64,000 bases of DNA from an uncultured Acidobacteriota bacterium (GTDB lineage: Bacteria; Acidobacteriota; Terriglobia; Bryobacterales; Bryobacteraceae): NCBI GenBank assembly GCA_902826605.1, contig CADEFM010000010.1, forward strand, positions 62,279-126,278, in the 5' to 3' direction. The notes under the pieces are model-generated. The model was given only the letters and a program-made list of their open reading frames with translations, did not search any database and had not been told where the DNA came from. Below are positions 1-9,565 of this stretch, one piece after another. Every line of letters begins with the position of its first letter. Within the stretch, counting starts at the first letter, position 1. The position numbers and the translations under genes are program-made.

Positions 1-119
1 CTGAAAGCCAGAGGCGGGCTAGAGAGCGTCTCTCGGTATCACTCCCATTAATACAAAGCCGGGCCACTTCATCAGCTGATGGATAGCAGTCTCGAAAATT
101 GCGTAAATGCGGAGAAATA

Positions 120-773
120 TCAAACGGTTGCATACTGAGTGGTTTCTGCTAGCCCCCGATACTCTCGCCCCTTACGGTGACTTGTGTAGAGCTTGAGTAA
201 ATGTTCTGTGCGTCGAGAGAGTTGCGTCACTTTGACAAGGGACATCTTGCTCGCCTCGGGATACTTCAATCGCGCAACCAATCCAGCCGCGTGAAAAGGA
301 CTCATGGAGTATTTCTCTAACCTCAGTTTTGAACATGCAGAAGGGAAATCATTCATGCCGTTGCCATAATAGGCAATGCGTAAGTACAGTGCGGGAATTG
401 AATGTTTAGGGACTGCTGACACGAGAAGAGTTGCAAGACCGGCCTCAAGAATTTTTCGCCTTAACGTCCGTTCGAAACGTCCACTTAGCACTCTCACCAA
501 TTGCATCTCGATCGTGCTGGCACCTTCCCGACGTCCGAGAGTCAATCGTCGCCAAATTGCTCGAGCGACGGCGATGAAATCGATACCTGCGTGGTCGAAA
601 AACCGATGATCTTCACCCGAAATAAGTATCGCTTGGGCAATCCACGGTGGGCCGTCCCCATTTTTGTGTAGGTGCTCCCGATAGAGAGTAAGGAGCCGTA
701 TGCGCAGACGTTTCCATTGCGCACGAAATAGCACCGATGCGGTCGTCGAAATGACACATCCGACAGCCATCAT
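120..773 (-). CDS. GT51-family peptidoglycan glycosyltransferase (transglycosylase) domain protein, N-terminal membrane anchor
   Basis: This is the C-terminal 217 codons of ORF 120..1124. Internal Met-Met at 773/770 is followed by the hydrophobic stretch [16 protein letters not shown]51 motifs [12 protein letters not shown] and GASTIEMQL are present, with an MtgA-like downstream pattern ([10 protein letters not shown]). The segment looks lower in GC than the rest of the window. Confidence 0.6.
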   Translation of the reverse strand: MMAVGCVISTTASVLFRAQWKRLRIRLLTLYREHLHKNGDGPPWIAQAILISGEDHRFFDHAGIDFIAVARAIWRRLTLGRREGASTIEMQLVRVLSGRFERTLRRKILEAGLATLLVSAVPKHSIPALYLRIAYYGNGMNDFPSACSKLRLEKYSMSPFHAAGLVARLKYPEASKMSLVKVTQLSRRTEHLLKLYTSHRKGREYRGLAETTQYATV

Positions 774-794
774 CCACAAGCGATTACAATCTTG

Positions 795-941
795 CACGTT
801 GCAAGTAAAAGTCTTGCCGGAGCCCGTGACGCCCAGCAGCACCTGATGCTGGTCCCCGTCGCGAATCCCGCGCAGAAGCGACTCGATAGCAGTGACTTGA
901 TCGCCTCGCGGCTGATAATCGATCCCGAGCCGGAAGGCCAT
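795..941 (-). pseudogene. uvrB: 5' fragment of uvrB (about 48 codons, through Walker A), read in frame into the downstream transglycosylase ORF
   Basis: [46 protein letters not shown] matches the UvrB N-terminus. Similarity stops directly after GKTFT. No further UvrB sequence lies downstream. Confidence 0.6.
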
Positions 942-1473
942 GTCTTCAGTATAGGAAGTGAAGTTGGGTTGCGTAGAGTCGAGCGAAGCGGCCGCCTTCT
1001 CGATTGCTTTTTGCGGGCGTCCGGCATCGACTGCAATCCATGAATCTGGGCAGTAAGTTGCGTTCAATCGGCGCTTACAAATCCTCAGAAACCTGCACCC
1101 GGTGTGTGACGGCCAAATCTTCACCTATGAAGCGCTCGACGGCTCCACGGATGGCCGCGATACGAATGGGTTCTATGGTTTGAAGGGCGCGTGGAGCAGA
1201 TCCATCATCCGCGGCGGCTCCAATTATCCAGCCACACGCGTTGCAGGACTTGGTGGCGCGGTCCCCTGAGGCGGGAACGGTCGCAGGCGCCTGATCCACC
1301 AGGAAATTCTACGCCACTTGCGAGAAACCGCCCGCACTTCCTGCTTGACGCGTGTTCCAGCAGGATTCTTCTTATTCCGCGTATTCCTAAGCGAGCATTG
1401 TTAGTTATCAGCATTCGGCTCCCGTTTGCGCACTGGCATTCGGAGTGCTTCTAACTTTCGGGAAGGAGACGTA

Positions 1474-2211
1474 ATGAAACAGTTCATTCTTGCACCGCTG
1501 GCGTTAGCCGCACTGGTGCTTCCGCTAAGCGCTCAAAATCAACGCCGGGCAGAGATCAATGGTGACGGCAATCCTAACCGCGGCAAATGCACCGTGGAGG
1601 TTTACGTGGATGATGCCGCTGAAGTTCAAGTGCGAGGCAACACGGCGACCGTGCGAAACCTGCAGGGCCAAGGCGCCCAACTGCGTCGCTTCCAATGCAC
1701 GAGTACGATGCCCGCGAACCCAGGAAATTTTCGGTTCGAAGGTGTAGACGGCAGGGGCCGGCAGCAGTTGGTTCAGGATCCTCGTAACGGGGGAGCGGCG
1801 GTAATTCAAATTACCGATCCAGACGGCGGCTCGGAAGGCTATACATTCGATCTTATCTGGGACAACACTCAGGGCGGGGGATTCTTTGACGACGGTAGCC
1901 GCTTAGGCCGGCAAAATGGCCGTGGTTTCGACGGGCGGCCGGGCCCTGGAGGAGCGTTCGGTTCCGAGCAAGCCATTCGGTTATGTCAGGACGCAATTCG
2001 TCAGGAAGCAGCCCAGAGGTTCGGGCCGGTGCGCATTTCATTCCGGGATACGAACATTGACAACAATCCGGGCCGCAGCGATTGGATTCTGGGTTTGGTT
2101 AGCGTGGACCGTTCGCGGTGGCGGAGAGCGGAGGTTTACCGATTCTCGTGTTCAGTGGATCTTAGGAATGGTACCCTGCGCACGGCGCACATCGGCGTTC
2201 CCAACTTCTAG
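1474..2211 (+). CDS. hypothetical secreted protein
   Basis: ATG at 1474 is preceded by GGAAGGAG (1461-1468). The signal peptide is MKQFILAPLALAALVLPLSAQ. I recognise no family. Confidence 0.6.
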   Translation: MKQFILAPLALAALVLPLSAQNQRRAEINGDGNPNRGKCTVEVYVDDAAEVQVRGNTATVRNLQGQGAQLRRFQCTSTMPANPGNFRFEGVDGRGRQQLVQDPRNGGAAVIQITDPDGGSEGYTFDLIWDNTQGGGFFDDGSRLGRQNGRGFDGRPGPGGAFGSEQAIRLCQDAIRQEAAQRFGPVRISFRDTNIDNNPGRSDWILGLVSVDRSRWRRAEVYRFSCSVDLRNGTLRTAHIGVPNF

Positions 2212-2228
2212 GTTTGCGAACGAGCTCA

Positions 2229-2260
2229 CGCCGCGTCCACGAGTGCCTCGGGACGCGGCG
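2229..2260 (+). terminator. GC-rich hairpin downstream of the 1474..2211 gene (possible terminator, weak U tract)
   Basis: Perfect 10-bp stem CGCCGCGTCC / GGACGCGGCG with a 12-nt loop, 18 nt after the stop codon. It is not followed by a clear T run. Confidence 0.3.
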
Positions 2261-2324
2261 GGCTTCTCGCGGCCAAGGCCGTGCCGTCCGACCGTGCCGC
2301 ATTCTTCTGTAATAGACTGCGAGT

Positions 2325-3254
2325 ATGCAGCGATTCACGATCGTAATTCTTGCGGCCGTTCTGACGCCGATCGTTGCCCAGCAGAAGTCTAATCCCTTCG
2401 TGGGTAGATGGAACTTCACTATCCGGACGCCGAGTCAATCGAGCGCCTCTTGGCTCAGCGTCACCGAGAAAGACGGCAACCTGCAGCTGTGGGCCCAGCC
2501 AGCCACGGGCAATGTATACCAAGTCCAAGATTTTAAGTTAGAAGGGGCGCATCTGACGCTTACGTTGTCGCAGGCCTCAGACAGCCGCCCAGCCACGATT
2601 TGGGAGTTGGACCCTGCGAGCGGTAAGCTGATCGGTTTCCAGAAACGCGGTGAAAGCGTTATCGCCTTGACGGGTTTGCGCGCCCCAGAGCTTAAGCGCA
2701 GCGTTCCGAAGACTTGGACTAGCCCAGCCATTCTTTTCAATGGGAAAGACCTGGAGGGCTGGGAGCCGCTCGGTGATCGAGCCAACAGCCACTGGGTAGT
2801 GGAAGATGGGCTGTTAGTCAACAAGGATCGCGGCGCGAACCTGAAGACCACGCGCAAATTCGATGATTTTAAGTTGCATTTCGAGGTGAACTGCCCGGAT
2901 GATGCCAACAGCGGCTTTTACCTTCGGGGCCGTTACGAAGTTCAGCTCGAAGATGAACCGTTGGCGAAGAACCCGCCGGAGCGCCGCATAGGATCGATCT
3001 ATGGGCGAATCACTCCCAAAGTCGATTTGCCGCGCAGGCCGGGCACGTGGGAGACTTTCGACGTGACATTGGTGGGCCGCACGGTGACCGTGGTGCGCAA
3101 TGGCATCACGACTATTGACCGGCGGGAGATCGAAGGCATCACCGGAGGCGCTTTGGATGCCGATGAAGGCGAGCCTGGCCCTTTTTATATTCAGGGCGAC
3201 CACACGGGCGGCCTGAAATTCCGTAATATCACGATTTCACTGCCTAAACCCTGA
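2325..3254 (+). CDS. DUF1080 (3-keto-disaccharide hydrolase-like) domain protein, secreted
   Basis: Signal peptide MQRFTIVILAAVLTPIVAQQ. The C-terminal domain shows the typical DUF1080 pattern LEGWEPLG...HWVVEDGLL...FKLHFEV...NSGFYLRGRYEVQ...FRNITI. Confidence 0.75.
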   Translation: MQRFTIVILAAVLTPIVAQQKSNPFVGRWNFTIRTPSQSSASWLSVTEKDGNLQLWAQPATGNVYQVQDFKLEGAHLTLTLSQASDSRPATIWELDPASGKLIGFQKRGESVIALTGLRAPELKRSVPKTWTSPAILFNGKDLEGWEPLGDRANSHWVVEDGLLVNKDRGANLKTTRKFDDFKLHFEVNCPDDANSGFYLRGRYEVQLEDEPLAKNPPERRIGSIYGRITPKVDLPRRPGTWETFDVTLVGRTVTVVRNGITTIDRREIEGITGGALDADEGEPGPFYIQGDHTGGLKFRNITISLPKP

Positions 3255-3265
3255 GCAGCAAAATC

Positions 3266-3838
3266 TCACCCCAACCCGCTTTTTCTGAGTGCGTAGGCTA
3301 TGGCTTCTGGCGGAACCTTAAAATCCCTCATTCCTTTATTCCCCAAGTAACCTAGGTCTTTGATGCCAGCGGCGCTTGTGTAGTAGGCATCCACGGTCAT
3401 TCTTCTCGCCCAATCGAAGAAGCGGATGCCGGCCGCCAACTCCGGCGTTTGGTTGCGGCGATATGCAATTCTCTCGAGCAGCGCGGTCTGTTGCGCCGGC
3501 GACGAGGCCAAGAAATTGAAGGAGTACTCGCGCTTCATGGCAAAATCGATCCACGCCAAGCCCCCGGTGTAAATCGCCAGCATCTGGGGGTTCTGGCTGG
3601 AAAGCAGATCGATGAATTCGGCAGCTCCGCCGTTGGTTGCTCCAGGCACGATCAGTTCGCATAGCTTCTTAAGAGTGTCGAATTCGTGTTGCGTAAGTGC
3701 TTTGGGGTGGTAGACGCCCCCGGCTGCCGCCGCGTCTGCCCTGGCTGTCGCATGCACGTGCTGCGCCGCCTCCAGCCCCAGTGGTCCGGTCAATGCCGCC
3801 GCGGCAATCCTGAAAAGCGCCTCTCTGCGATTAAACAT
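3266..3838 (-). CDS. gluconate 2-dehydrogenase subunit 3 family protein (Tat signal)
   Basis: Twin-arginine-type N-terminus MFNRREALFRIAAAAL. Its size and its 8-nt overlap with the upstream GMC oxidoreductase gene fit the usual two-gene pairing. Confidence 0.7.
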   Translation of the reverse strand: MFNRREALFRIAAAALTGPLGLEAAQHVHATARADAAAAGGVYHPKALTQHEFDTLKKLCELIVPGATNGGAAEFIDLLSSQNPQMLAIYTGGLAWIDFAMKREYSFNFLASSPAQQTALLERIAYRRNQTPELAAGIRFFDWARRMTVDAYYTSAAGIKDLGYLGNKGMRDFKVPPEAIAYALRKSGLG

Positions 3839-5543
3839 TTCCTTTCCTCAATTCCTCCGCCAGATACTCGGCGGTTCGCCAAGCTAGTGCACAAATCGTC
3901 AGTGTTGGATTCTTGTCCGGGTTGCTGACGAAAGGCGCCGCATCCGCTACGAACAGATTCTTCACATCGTGTGCCTGGCAATACCGATTCAGAGCTGAGG
4001 TCTTCGGGTTGTCGCCCATACGAATAGTGCCCACTTCATGGATAATCTCCCCACCCACCGAGATCTTTTCTTTGATAGAACGGGGCGGCGCGGGTTGGGT
4101 AACCGTACCTCCCATCTTTTCGATAAGGTCCGTAAAGGTTTGTTCCATGTGCGCGACTTGTTTTAGCTCACCCTCGCTCCACTGGAAATGGAACTTCAAA
4201 ACCGGGATGCCCCATCGATCGACCACGTCCGGATCGATCTCGCAGTAGGTTTGCGGGTTGGGAATCATTTCGCCGCGTCCGGAAAAATTGACACCCGTGC
4301 CGTAGTCGGCATGGATCGCTTTCTTGAGAGATTCGCCGTATCCTTCCTCCCGTTCGCATACGCCGTGAAAACTTCCGACTTCGGGCATGCGGTATCCGCC
4401 GCCGATCTCAATGTGATATCCGCGCGGGAAATCCAGCTTCTTGTCCCACAGCCACCACGGCATGTAGACATGAGAGCTCCCCATGCCGTCACTATCGTGC
4501 CGCGGCATCCCTTCGAGTGCCGGAACACGGCCGCGCAAACTAAAACCCGTGCTATCCGTCAAATACCGCCCCACCACGCCTGACGAATTGGCCAGCCCAC
4601 TGGTGCGCCCGGGCGCGCGCGAATTCAGCAGCAGCCGCGTGGATTCGCAGCAACTGGCGGCGAGCACCACGGCCCGGCAGTGAATCTGTTTTTCGGTGCG
4701 CGTGGTCTTGTCGATATACGAAACCGCTGTCACTTTCCCAGCCGCATCCGTGATCAGCTCGCGCGCCATTGCGTTGGTGATCAAATTCAAACGTCCCGTC
4801 TTGAGCGCCGGAAAAATCTGCACCTGGCTTGATGAATAGTTCGATGCCGTCGCACACCCGCGCCCGCACTGCCCGCAATAGTGGCAAGGTACGCGTCCAT
4901 TGGTCGGCTGAGTAATGACCGCAAGACGCATGGGGATACACGGAATCCCCAATCTCTCGGACGCTTTCTGGATCAAAACTTCGTGCACACGGGGCGGCGG
5001 GCACCGTTGGAAAATTCCGTCGGGCGCGCTACGAATCCCTTCCTTCGATCCAGTGACACCGATGAAGCGCTCAACCTTGTCGTAAAACGGCGCGAGGTCC
5101 TGATACGAAATAGGCCAGTCGGTCCCAATTCCGTCGCGGGTATACGGCTTGAAATCGTAGTCGGCATAGCGAAGCGAGATACGTCCATAGTGGTTGGTTC
5201 GCCCACCGACAATGCGGGATCGGAACCACTGAAATTGAGAACCCTCACCGGTTGTATAGGGTTCGCCTTCCAGCTGCCATCCGCCGGCATGCGCCGAAAA
5301 GAATCCGAAAGGTCTCCCACGTCCGAAATAAGCGGCGCCGCCGAGGCCCGAGCCGCGGTGCGGGACTTGGTAAGGCCACATATGCTCTTTGAAGTCCACA
5401 GCCGGATTCAGCATCGGTCCGGCTTCCAGCAACGCCACGCTGACGCCCAGGTCGGTCAGTACCTTGGTGACCGTTCCGCCACCCGCCCCAGACCCGATCA
5501 CGACGACGTCATGGACTGGCCTGCTGCGCTGGATTTGAGGCAT
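3831..5543 (-). CDS. GMC family FAD-dependent oxidoreductase
   Basis: N-terminal FAD fold HDVVVIGSGAGGGTVTKVLTDLGVSVALLEAG. Length is 570 aa and the C-terminal GMC pattern is NLFVADAAPF. Confidence 0.85.
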   Translation of the reverse strand: MPQIQRSRPVHDVVVIGSGAGGGTVTKVLTDLGVSVALLEAGPMLNPAVDFKEHMWPYQVPHRGSGLGGAAYFGRGRPFGFFSAHAGGWQLEGEPYTTGEGSQFQWFRSRIVGGRTNHYGRISLRYADYDFKPYTRDGIGTDWPISYQDLAPFYDKVERFIGVTGSKEGIRSAPDGIFQRCPPPRVHEVLIQKASERLGIPCIPMRLAVITQPTNGRVPCHYCGQCGRGCATASNYSSSQVQIFPALKTGRLNLITNAMARELITDAAGKVTAVSYIDKTTRTEKQIHCRAVVLAASCCESTRLLLNSRAPGRTSGLANSSGVVGRYLTDSTGFSLRGRVPALEGMPRHDSDGMGSSHVYMPWWLWDKKLDFPRGYHIEIGGGYRMPEVGSFHGVCEREEGYGESLKKAIHADYGTGVNFSGRGEMIPNPQTYCEIDPDVVDRWGIPVLKFHFQWSEGELKQVAHMEQTFTDLIEKMGGTVTQPAPPRSIKEKISVGGEIIHEVGTIRMGDNPKTSALNRYCQAHDVKNLFVADAAPFVSNPDKNPTLTICALAWRTAEYLAEELRKGNV

Positions 5544-5690
5544 GGATTAATTATAGAAGCCGAATTCAGCGTTAGCAGTGGGCTGTTCGCTGTAAGGGCG
5601 AAGCGGCTCATGCACGTCTTCAGCGCGGCTCTCTGATAAAGTGATGGGGAGTTTAATGCTTCCCGAAGCCAACTTAAAAGGAGCCAGTGT

Positions 5691-6611
5691 ATGAAATTGT
5701 TCCATGCTTCAGGACTACAGATGTCGAGCCTGCTATTGTGGGCCGCTACCATTGTTCTTGCTCAAACGGCACCCAAGCATCTCAATCCGGTGATCGAAAA
5801 ACTTGCCGCGGGCAAACCCATCATCGGCTTTCAAACGGGTGACCTGTCGCTTGAGATGGCGCGGAACATGGCCCGCTCCGATATCGATTACGTTTACCTT
5901 GAGATGGAACATGGTCCGATGGACTTTCAAGGGCTCCACCATTTTGCCGTCGGCATGATCGACAAAGCCGCCATCGTCAAGAAAGGCAATGCTCAGCCCA
6001 ATGTCGCGCTTTTCGCGCGTTTCGCGCCCTCCGGAAGTGAACCGGGCGGCGGATGGGTAGTCAAGCAGGCGCTTGACCTGGGTTTGATGGGCGTGATCTT
6101 CAACGATATTGACACTCCGGAGCAGGCCACGCGTGCTGTCCAGAGCATGCGCTACCCGCAGATGAGAACGTCGAAGTATCCCAAACCGGCAGGGACACGC
6201 GGCGTCGCCCCTGGCTATGCGCTATGGGTGTGGGGCGTCTCCGGCGAGGAATACGAACGCCGCGCCGACGTGTGGCCCTTGAATCCGGATGGCGACCTCA
6301 TCGCCATCGTCATGATCGAATCCGCCGAAGGTCTGAAAAATGTCGACGCCATCGCGGCGACGCCGGGCGTCGGTGCGCTCTTTCTTGGCCAGGGATCCGA
6401 TCTATCGCACAATCTGGGAGTTCCCAGAAATTCACCCGAAGTGGAGCAAGCCTTCCAGACAATTCTCAAGGCCTGCCAAGCCCACAACGTCGCCTGCGGC
6501 ATCACCGCCGTGACCGGTGATAACATTGCGCGGAGGCTTAGGGAAGGCTGGAAGATGATCCGCACAACTCCGGACGCTCTGCGCCAATGGCGCGCCGCCG
6601 GAGGCCAATAG
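5691..6611 (+). CDS. HpcH/HpaI aldolase / citrate lyase family protein with apparent N-terminal signal peptide
   Basis: DYVYLEMEHGPMDF and IVMIESAEGLKNVDAIAATPGV are typical of HpcH/HpaI aldolases. The N-terminus SSLLLWAATIVLAQTAP looks like a cleavable signal. Confidence 0.7.
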   Translation: MKLFHASGLQMSSLLLWAATIVLAQTAPKHLNPVIEKLAAGKPIIGFQTGDLSLEMARNMARSDIDYVYLEMEHGPMDFQGLHHFAVGMIDKAAIVKKGNAQPNVALFARFAPSGSEPGGGWVVKQALDLGLMGVIFNDIDTPEQATRAVQSMRYPQMRTSKYPKPAGTRGVAPGYALWVWGVSGEEYERRADVWPLNPDGDLIAIVMIESAEGLKNVDAIAATPGVGALFLGQGSDLSHNLGVPRNSPEVEQAFQTILKACQAHNVACGITAVTGDNIARRLREGWKMIRTTPDALRQWRAAGGQ

Positions 6612-6620
6612 GAGGACACC

Positions 6621-8324
6621 ATGAAATCCCGAATTGGACTACGAGTCTTGATGGCCCTGGTGTTAGCGGGAGGCGTGTGGCTCTTCGCCCAGGTTAAGGA
6701 TTTCAGCCCCGTCACAGAGGCGATGCTGCGCAACCCAGCGCCGGGCGACTGGCTGAACTGGAGGCGCACCGATAATGCCTGGGGCTATAGCCCGCTGGAT
6801 CAGATCAAACGCGACAACGTTCAAAAGCTTCAGCTTGCGTGGTCTTGGGTCATGGAGGACGGCGCGCAGGAGGCGACGCCGTTGGTCCACGATGGCGTCA
6901 TGTACTTGCCAAATCCACACGGCGTGATCCAGGCACTGGATGCCGCCACGGGAGATCTGATCTGGGAGTACAACCCCAAGGCGCGGGAATCGGCGGCCCC
7001 GACTGGCAGCGTCATCGGGGGCGTTCAGCGCAACATTGCCATTTTCGACGACAAAATTTTCGGGACCACCAACGACGCTCACATCATCGCCGTGAACGCT
7101 CGCACCGGGAAGCTCGTGTGGGAAACCGTAGTCGCGGATTCCAAGCTCGGTTACGGCTATACCTCCGGCCCCATCGTGGTACGCGGTAAGGTTATCGCCG
7201 GGATCAACGGATGCAGCCGGTATAAAGAAGACGTCTGCTTCATCACCGGCCATGACGCGGCCACAGGCAAGGAGCTGTGGCGAACCTCGACTATTGCCCG
7301 TCCGGGAGAACCTGGTGGTGAAAGCTGGGGTGATCTGCCGTTGCGTTTTCGCGCAGGGGGTGATGCGTGGATCGCCGGCAGCTACGATCCGGAGACCAAT
7401 CTCATCTATTGGGGCACTGCGCAGGCCAAGCCATGGGCACGTGTGGTCCGCGGAACGGAGGGCGACGCTCTCTATACCAACTCCACGCTGGCGCTTGACC
7501 CCGATACAGGTAAGTTGCGTTGGTACTATCAGCACCTGCGCGGTGAAACGCACGACATGGACGAAGTCTTCGAAAGCGTGCTGATCGACTTCAATGGCCG
7601 TAAATCGCTTTTCAAGATGGGCAAGCTGGGTATCCTCTGGCAGATCGACCGCACTAACGGAACGTTTGTTCACGCCACCGATCTCGGATATCAGAATTTG
7701 ATTGAAGTTGGGCCGGAGTCGGGAAAAGTCACATACCGGCCCGAAAAGATTCCTAAGATCGGCGTCGAAGTCGATTTCTGTCCCAGCACGGCGGGGTTTA
7801 AGGACTGGCGAGCGATGGCCTTCAGCCCGCAGACCAATGCGTTATACATCCCGATGATGCTCACCTGCGAGCGCGGCACGTTTGGCGAAGTGGAAAAAGT
7901 GGTGGGCCGAGGCGGTAATGGTCCAGTCAAGCGTATCGACTACAAATTCCCGGCAGGGGAAGGGAATCTGGGTGAATTCCTGGCTCTGGATCTCAAGTCG
8001 GGCAAGGTGTTGTGGCGTCACCGCATGCCGACCCCGTTCAACACTGCTGCCCTTACCACGGCCGGTGGCCTGGCGTTCGGCGGTGACTGGGATCGTCACA
8101 TGTTCGCGTATGACGTCTCTACAGGAAAGATTCTCTGGCAGACACGCCTGCTGACGTCACCTCAGGGATTCCCCATCAGCTATATGGCGAAGGGGAAACA
8201 ATACATCGCCATCCCGGTGGGGACCGGCGGCGGGAGTTGGGCGACCTCCGTCCCGGCGTCACTCGCCCGCGAAATACGTCCGCCCAAGCCGGTCAATGCA
8301 ATGTTGGTTTATGCGCTTCCCTAA
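6621..8324 (+). CDS. PQQ-dependent dehydrogenase (quinoprotein beta-propeller), secreted
   Basis: Signal peptide is present, along with WLNWRRTDNAWGYSPLDQI and ATPLVHDGVMYL and repeated W-containing propeller motifs. It starts 10 nt after the aldolase gene. Confidence 0.8.
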   Translation: MKSRIGLRVLMALVLAGGVWLFAQVKDFSPVTEAMLRNPAPGDWLNWRRTDNAWGYSPLDQIKRDNVQKLQLAWSWVMEDGAQEATPLVHDGVMYLPNPHGVIQALDAATGDLIWEYNPKARESAAPTGSVIGGVQRNIAIFDDKIFGTTNDAHIIAVNARTGKLVWETVVADSKLGYGYTSGPIVVRGKVIAGINGCSRYKEDVCFITGHDAATGKELWRTSTIARPGEPGGESWGDLPLRFRAGGDAWIAGSYDPETNLIYWGTAQAKPWARVVRGTEGDALYTNSTLALDPDTGKLRWYYQHLRGETHDMDEVFESVLIDFNGRKSLFKMGKLGILWQIDRTNGTFVHATDLGYQNLIEVGPESGKVTYRPEKIPKIGVEVDFCPSTAGFKDWRAMAFSPQTNALYIPMMLTCERGTFGEVEKVVGRGGNGPVKRIDYKFPAGEGNLGEFLALDLKSGKVLWRHRMPTPFNTAALTTAGGLAFGGDWDRHMFAYDVSTGKILWQTRLLTSPQGFPISYMAKGKQYIAIPVGTGGGSWATSVPASLAREIRPPKPVNAMLVYALP

Positions 8325-8391
8325 GCGACGAAGGGGCACACCAACACCTACGAGCAGACTTCTGGACTTGAACTGGGTATGATGGGAAATC

Positions 8392-9561
8392 ATGAACCGG
8401 CGCACGCTGCTCAAATTGCTTTCGGCTCCCGTCGTTACCGGATTCCCGCTCGGAGCCGCCGAACCCAGACCCAACCGCGTAGTGATCTCAGGGGCAGGCA
8501 TCATCGGCGCCTCCATCGCTTACCATTTGGCGCAACGCGGCGCGCAAGTGACGATTCTTGAGAAGCAACGCCCTGGAAGCGGAGCCACTCGAAATTCTTT
8601 TGCCTGGCTCAATGCCGCCAAGCAGCCGCAACCGTATTACGAATTGAATCTGATGGGAATATTGGGCTGGCACCGATTGAGCACGGAGATTGGCGCCGAA
8701 CTTCAAATTCAATGGGGTGGCAGCGTACATTGGGTGCCACCGGGAGCCGGCGTCGCTTCCTTGCGAAAACGCGTGGATCAGTTCGAGCAGTGGGGCTACC
8801 CGATCAGCGTCGTGAACCAGGACGAGGTAGCCCGATTGCTGCCCGGTGTCAGCCCCGGATCATTCGGCTCCGCGTCTTTCACTTCTCTCGAAGGCACCGT
8901 CGATCCGATGCACGCTCTTATCGTTCTCCTTCACAAGGCCCAGCAGTTTGGCGTGAAAGTGGAGTATCCCTGCGAAGTGACCGGCCTGGAGATGGCGGAC
9001 GACCGAGTGCGCCGCATCCAAACCACGCGTGGACCCATGGAGGCGGACGTTGTGGTGCTCGCGTCCGGCGTCGACACGCCGCGGCTTGCACAGATGGCTG
9101 GAATCACCGTTCCCCTGAGGGAATCTTCCGGGCTTCTTGCGCACACGACTCCGCAGGCGCGGATTCTTGATCGCGTCGCTCTAGCCCCAGGGGCAGATAT
9201 TAAGCAGAACCTCGACGGGCGAATCGTTACCGGCGTGGACTTTGGCCCTTCCGGCAGCACGGATACCAGCCATGAGTCCGGCCAGAAGCTGCTAAAAAAC
9301 GCCGAGCGGTATATCGAAAAGCTCAGTGGAATTCCACTGGAATCCGTCACCCTAGGCTATCGCGTGCTGCCGCAGGATGGATTTCCCATTGTCGGGTTCC
9401 CAGAACGCCGGCCGAATCTGTACATCGCGGCCTTGCACAGTGGCATGACAATGGGCCCGATTATTGGGCAACTTGCTGCGATGGAAATCCTGGACGGCGC
9501 GGCGGTGGATCCCCTGTCCCCCTACCGCTTGTCCAGATTCAGCAAGCGCACGCCGGCTTAG
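8392..9561 (+). CDS. FAD-dependent oxidoreductase (DAO family) with Tat signal
   Basis: MNRRTLLKLL is Tat-like. The dinucleotide fold is VVISGAGIIGASIAYHLAQRGAQVTILE. Confidence 0.75.
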   Translation: MNRRTLLKLLSAPVVTGFPLGAAEPRPNRVVISGAGIIGASIAYHLAQRGAQVTILEKQRPGSGATRNSFAWLNAAKQPQPYYELNLMGILGWHRLSTEIGAELQIQWGGSVHWVPPGAGVASLRKRVDQFEQWGYPISVVNQDEVARLLPGVSPGSFGSASFTSLEGTVDPMHALIVLLHKAQQFGVKVEYPCEVTGLEMADDRVRRIQTTRGPMEADVVVLASGVDTPRLAQMAGITVPLRESSGLLAHTTPQARILDRVALAPGADIKQNLDGRIVTGVDFGPSGSTDTSHESGQKLLKNAERYIEKLSGIPLESVTLGYRVLPQDGFPIVGFPERRPNLYIAALHSGMTMGPIIGQLAAMEILDGAAVDPLSPYRLSRFSKRTPA

Positions 9562-9565
9562 AACT

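Noticed and set aside
120-1124. Treating ORF 120..1124 as one ordinary 334-aa gene
   Set aside because: It is a composite of untranslated-looking sequence, a UvrB N-terminal fragment and a GT51 protein with its own Met-Met and membrane anchor.
6663-7673. 336-aa ORF antisense to the PQQ dehydrogenase gene
   Set aside because: It is fully embedded opposite an ORF with clear family motifs. Its composition is Arg/Gly/Pro/His-rich with no recognisable domain. It is a typical shadow ORF of GC-rich DNA.
8392-9561. FAD oxidoreductase as the missing QhpG
   Set aside because: It has a Tat signal and is therefore periplasmic. It has a DAO-type fold rather than a flavin aromatic hydroxylase fold. It lies 20 kb away in an unrelated cluster.
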